A DNA stretch of 64,000 nucleotides from Bdellovibrionales bacterium. GTDB taxonomy: Bacteria > Bdellovibrionota > Bdellovibrionia > Bdellovibrionales > UBA1609. The notes under the pieces were generated by a model. The model made no database searches and was not told the origin of the DNA. It saw only the letters and a list, made by a program, of their open reading frames with translations. The translations under genes and the position numbers were made by a program. The stretch spans positions 896,001 to 960,000 of the forward strand of contig CBDHDF010000010.1 of assembly GCA_965261545.1 (NCBI GenBank), written 5' to 3'. Shown piece after piece: positions 59,611-64,000 of the stretch (the first letter of the stretch is position 1; each line of letters opens with the position of its first letter).

Positions 59611-62164
59611 CAATGGCATTCGTTTTTGCAGAAGGTTTTTCCACATTTTTCTGACTCCCTCTAACATACTGAGTTAAGGGGGCTTTTATCTTTTTTCTTT
59701 TTCCGAAAAAAAATACTTGAGTCCACCCCATCGTTGTGTCACATTATATTTGAACCATTCCCAAAGGGGAGAGACTCAAATGGACCCACGCATAGAGACA
59801 TTGCCTTCAACAACTTTTTTTGGAAGACGCTTGACGCGCAAGCAAATTGCCGACATTCAAAAGACGGTGGCGCTATTTCCTTCTTTAAGTCGCCGTGAAC
59901 TGGGTTATACAGTTTGTGAGCATCTTGGTTGGCTAACTCCCAAAGGTGATCATCGCATCCAATCGTGCCTTCGTATGCTTGAGACGCTAGAGGAACTTGA
60001 CATTCTATCCCTGCCAGAAAAAGACATGTCAAAGCGGAGTGTCCCCTCCAAAAAAATCACTTGGACACACCGAACAGATGAAAAGCCTCTCATCAACGAT
60101 AAACTAGACTCATTGACCCCACTTTCTTTGCAAATCGTAACTGATCAAGAGGCCATTAAGGAATGGAATGAAGTTGTCGATCGGCATCATTATCTCAATT
60201 ACAGACGTCCCTTTGGTCCCCATTTGCGCTATTTCATCCTAGATAATTGTGGGCGACGATTGGGTTGTCTTTTATTTGAAGCTGGCACATCCACTTTGCC
60301 TTGCCGTGATGAATGGATCGGTTGGCAAAATCGAGCTTACAAAAAGCACTTGAATTTAGTGGTGAACAATAGTCGATTTTTGATCTTTCCCTGGGTAAAG
60401 GTTCGCCATCTTGCTTCGATGGCTTTATCTATGGCAACTCGCCAACTTCCCACAGACTGGGAGTTAAAACATGCTTTCAAACCTGTACTCATGGAGACTT
60501 TTGTCGACCTTACCAAATTTAATGCCACGAGCTATCGTGCTGCCAACTGGCTTTATTTGGGCAAAACAAATGGGAGTCGTGCCTACAAAAATGTAAAGGG
60601 AAAAACTCAAAAAGGTGTTTATGTTCAACCTCTGACAAAGAATTATCAGTCTATCTTATTGAATGGCCCCCAATGCGCTATCAAGAAACCCGTCGGGAAA
60701 CCCACCATCAAGCCACATAAGAACTTGGCTGAGCCTATGCTAGAGGACTCTTTTGTGCATCTTTGGCAAAACATCATCAAGACAGTGGTTATCATTGCAG
60801 ATGAGTACGACCGAACCTGGCAAAAGCGTCAACGTGTCTTGAATACATTGTTGATTATACTTTTCATCTTCCGACTTGTTTTCTCTAAAGGAAAACAAGG
60901 TTATGATACAACTTTGATTGAACTTTGGGAGCAGTGTCGCATATTAGACATTGAACTCCCTCAACCTAAACCAGTTCGGGCATCCACTATGTGTAGTGCA
61001 CGGGCTAAAGTAGATGAAAATATATTTAAAGTTTTGCATGATGAAATTCTTAAACAAGACGGTATATCCAATTCTAGTACCTTATGGAAGGGCCATAAGG
61101 TTTTCGCAGTGGATGGATCGAAAATAAATTTACCACGTCAACTCGTAGATAATGGGTATCAGCAACCATGGGAAAAAGCATGGTACCCTCAAGGTCTTGT
61201 CAGTTGCCTGTACCAACTACAGTCGAAGATTCCTGTGGATTTTGATCTCTTTGCCCATAACAATGAGAGAAAGGCTGCACAAACTCATTTCAAAAAATTG
61301 TTTGAAAACGATGTTGTGGTTTATGATCGTGGCTATTATTCCTACGAAATGCTTCATGAGCATAAGGTGCGAAGTCTGCATGCGGTGTTTAGGATAAGGA
61401 GAAATGCCAACACTGTTTTTGATGAATTTATTAATAATGATCAAAAAGACTCAGTGATCCAAGTCATTCCTAGCAAGCAAATTCTGAAAGAACTACATAA
61501 AAAAAAGCCACAAGACGACTTCAAAGCCTACGCTTTGCGTTTGGTCAAATATAAAATTGGACAAACTACTTTTGTTCTAGGAACAACCTTAATGGATCAA
61601 AAAAAATATTCCATTGATGATCTGGCCAATCTCTATCATGGACGCTGGAGTATAGAGGAACTGTACAAAATATCCAAAGAACTGATGACCATTGAAGAGT
61701 TTCATTCTCAAAGTGAAAGGGGAGTCAAACAAGAATTGTTTGCACACTTCACACTTATCACTCTGACAAGATTATTTTCCAACTACACGGAAGACCGTCT
61801 TAATACATCTCAATCCCATAGTAAAAAACAAACCATGCAGACAAACTTTAAAAACAATTTACTGACAATTGCAAGAAATATTGAAGGTCTTTTTCTTCAA
61901 CAAAAGGTAGTGCTTAGTAAAACCCTCAATTGCATCATTACAAATATGAAGACCTGCCGACAAAGGCTACGTCCGAATAGGCATTACGACCGAGTTTCTA
62001 GAAAACCCATCGGAGTATGGAGACCCAGTAAAGAGGTTAGGGGGGCTATGGCCAACGGATAATCACATGGATCAAAGAAAAAAACTTGGGGTTAGCCCAC
62101 CCCCGAGGAGTTAGAGGTTCAAATCCTTAACCGAATGGGATCTCTCACTAAACGAATGCCATTG
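59611..62164 (+). mobile_element. Complete IS4-family element, 2554 bp
   Basis: Perfect 15-bp IRs CAATGGCATTCGTTT (59611-59625 and 62150-62164). 10-bp TSD CCTCTTCATG (59601-59610 and 62165-62174). Confidence 0.96.
59780..62062 (+). CDS. DUF4338 (DruA-like) domain fused to IS4 DDE transposase, 760 aa
   Basis: N-terminal HHYL...LRY...RDEWIGW...NNSRFLI.PWV...LMETFVD...SYRAANW.YLG.T.G. C-terminal AVDGS, YDRGY and YHGRWSIEELYKISK (YREK motif). Confidence 0.88.
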   Translation: MDPRIETLPSTTFFGRRLTRKQIADIQKTVALFPSLSRRELGYTVCEHLGWLTPKGDHRIQSCLRMLETLEELDILSLPEKDMSKRSVPSKKITWTHRTDEKPLINDKLDSLTPLSLQIVTDQEAIKEWNEVVDRHHYLNYRRPFGPHLRYFILDNCGRRLGCLLFEAGTSTLPCRDEWIGWQNRAYKKHLNLVVNNSRFLIFPWVKVRHLASMALSMATRQLPTDWELKHAFKPVLMETFVDLTKFNATSYRAANWLYLGKTNGSRAYKNVKGKTQKGVYVQPLTKNYQSILLNGPQCAIKKPVGKPTIKPHKNLAEPMLEDSFVHLWQNIIKTVVIIADEYDRTWQKRQRVLNTLLIILFIFRLVFSKGKQGYDTTLIELWEQCRILDIELPQPKPVRASTMCSARAKVDENIFKVLHDEILKQDGISNSSTLWKGHKVFAVDGSKINLPRQLVDNGYQQPWEKAWYPQGLVSCLYQLQSKIPVDFDLFAHNNERKAAQTHFKKLFENDVVVYDRGYYSYEMLHEHKVRSLHAVFRIRRNANTVFDEFINNDQKDSVIQVIPSKQILKELHKKKPQDDFKAYALRLVKYKIGQTTFVLGTTLMDQKKYSIDDLANLYHGRWSIEELYKISKELMTIEEFHSQSERGVKQELFAHFTLITLTRLFSNYTEDRLNTSQSHSKKQTMQTNFKNNLLTIARNIEGLFLQQKVVLSKTLNCIITNMKTCRQRLRPNRHYDRVSRKPIGVWRPSKEVRGAMANG

Positions 62165-62890
62165 CCTCTTCATGGGCTGTGTCGATCTGTGACAAACGAT
62201 CTCGACGCTGCTTATCTTCAGCTTCAAGTCGCTCTCGCATGAGTTCGTCTTGAGACAAATTCCACAAATTTTTGACGGCTCTTCCCATGTCCCTTCCTTT
62301 TTTGGCTAGCTCTTGACTGGTTTGTTGATTCAGCTCATCCGATCTCTTTAAGAAATAGCACCACGCTTCACGCTGGTCAACAAGGCTGTCTAATCTGCCA
62401 ATGAACTTGTTCAATTCTACAATGACAAATTGCATACCATCGGTGAGTCTCAAATGAGGGTATCTATCCTGCCTCATGCTGCATGTGTGGTAATAATCGT
62501 TGTCCTTGCGTAGCTCAGGAAGGTCCACAGTACTGAAAACAAGGGAGTAAACAGTCTTAATTTCTCGTATTTTTCTCCTTCTTTCACTTGATTGGAGTAG
62601 ACCCGTCCCGCATAGGCAAGAAGGCGATTTGTAAAGTCTCTTTGGGAGACGGTTTGCATTTCCACGTTCACAGTTTCATTTTCAACCCATTCCCCACTGG
62701 ATAATTGTCGAGAGCAGCCCGGAGGGCCGCAGAGAGAACTCTCCTCGGTATATCTCGTGGAGCATCTTGCATACTTTGTTGATTTTCTTGAAAAAACTAA
62801 ACCCTTTATATCTCTTATATTCCATAATTTCCCTCTCCTTATATTATCCCTCTTATTAAAAGTGTCTCATAACGATTTCGCATAGTATAG

Positions 62891-63502
62891 GGTTGCTGCG
62901 GCTTTACTCTCACATCAACTCTTATGGCGGTTGGCATCGCCTCGCTCACACTTATGGCCGTGCTGGGCATGATTAATTTTCAACAAATTGAAGGCAAAGC
63001 CATCAATCAACAACTTGCACGTGCTTCCTTAAAATACAACATCTTACAAACCCTTAAAAACCCCCAAAACTGCCTCTGCCAATTTAATGACTTAGCCTCT
63101 CCACCTCACACCATTGATACCACAAAAACGGCCCAAGGAACTCCTGGGTATGAAATCGACCTTGGAATCTTTAGAAGTGGTTGCTCGGATAGCTCTGACG
63201 ATAATATTTTAGCCAAAGAAAACGAAATTATCAGGGGAAGCGCTGGAATATCAGCTCTCACTGTGAAAGTCTCAGGCATTTTAGATACAGAAACGAGCAA
63301 TGAGTTTTTAGGGGATTTGACCATACCATTTAAAGAAGAGGGGCTCGTCCGTATCATGAAAAATCTAACGGTTCCGATATGTATCAACAGCAGTAATAAT
63401 GCATGCTCCGCCGAGGGCTCTTGCTCTAGACTTGGACGCAGAAAATTAGTTAGTTGCCTGAAATCCCTAAAAGTTGTAACTAGGTTTAATGTATTGCGTT
63501 AA
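62891..63502 (+). pseudogene. Prepilin-like gene, probably degraded
   Basis: G|FTLTSTLMAVGIASL... class III signal-like motif, but an in-frame TAG at 62888 and no start before it. The C-terminus drifts into unrelated sequence. Confidence 0.5.
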
Positions 63503-63650
63503 CTTTCCTCTCTTCCTATGGAATTGGCTGCTGTCAACGGTTTGAGAGGTTTAATAGTATTAATATATTTAATATGATTCATAAGAATTTGCTGCGAAAG
63601 GTCCTCTTCGTCTCCATTGGATAGATGAGGCATAGTGGTAGCCACAGCCA

Positions 63651-64000
63651 CCGTCACATTTGAAACAGATAAAAAACATCATTTTGTCTTGGGAAGCCCA
63701 TCTATGTGGAAGGCTGAAAAAATATCCTTTTGTTTTTTAGACAGCTCTCCAAGCATCAGATCACCTGTAGCTAATTCATAAAATTTTAATCGGTCCATCA
63801 TTTTGTAAATTTCTATTTTAGACATTTTTTTATATAACTTCTTATCTTTCATAACAGTATCAATATGTGAAATTAAAATTAAAGAGAGAAAATTAATAAA
63901 GATGCTTCCCCTCATATTCATGAGAGAATGAACTCGACTTCTCCTTCCATTAATATCATGCTTGAATGAGAAAAATACTTTCTCAATGATATCTTTGTTT
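63651..64000 (-). mobile_element. 3' end of an IS1634-like transposase (stop at 63679), runs off the window
   Basis: KDIIEKVFFSFK...RVHS...RGSIFINFLSLIL...ELSKKQKDIF. Confidence 0.7.

Larger units (their letters stand above)
59465..62714 (-). pseudogene. Rpn family pseudogene: 5'-truncated, frameshifted and interrupted by an IS4 element
   Basis: 62165-62714 matches the Rpn at 18413, with a 1-nt deletion near 62553. The sequence continues past the IS at 59610 (HEEGLEKGRR...SEDEIKALPKK*), with an extra AG in the (AG)n tract. Confidence 0.9.

Noticed and set aside
59780..62062. Complete Druantia defence system
   Set aside because: There is no DruE helicase or other Dru gene, and the domain lies within IS ends.
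62105..62135. tRNA gene
   Set aside because: Only a T-arm-like hairpin; no acceptor stem, D arm or anticodon arm.

Overview
Bacterial chromosomal segment, most consistent with Bdellovibrionota (inferred from gene content). The backbone is mostly housekeeping and envelope genes: SSS symporter, RNase P RNA (rnpB), LysR regulator, PEP-synthase regulatory protein, REC-GGDEF cyclase, elbB, TonB-dependent receptor, menD/menF, methylmalonyl-CoA mutase, pepP, proC, RND/TolC, rplX-rpmB and rpsR, hpt, bamD, trxA, lptF, a complete A2-type caa3 oxidase cluster, GT9, NifU, MipA and HD-GYP. Three mobile patches interrupt it: about 17.5-21.5 kb (Rpn genes and IS remnants), 44.9-46.3 kb (IS4) and 59.2-64 kb (IS4, Rpn pseudogene, IS1634). 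Highlights: (1) an intact 2.55-kb IS4-family element (15-bp IRs, 10-bp TSD) whose single ORF fuses a DUF4338/DruA-like domain to the transposase, found twice, each time in or next to an Rpn gene; (2) Rpn genes with a candidate internal RBS+ATG (RpnS-type antitoxin) and variable tails; (3) a GGDEF with the Asp-to-Ser 'Hypr' cGAMP-synthase signature; (4) a TonB-dependent receptor split by a poly-C frameshift; (5) pervasive short tandem micro-duplications inside core genes. No CRISPR array, tRNA or rRNA was found. All calls come from motif recognition by eye; no database searches were run.
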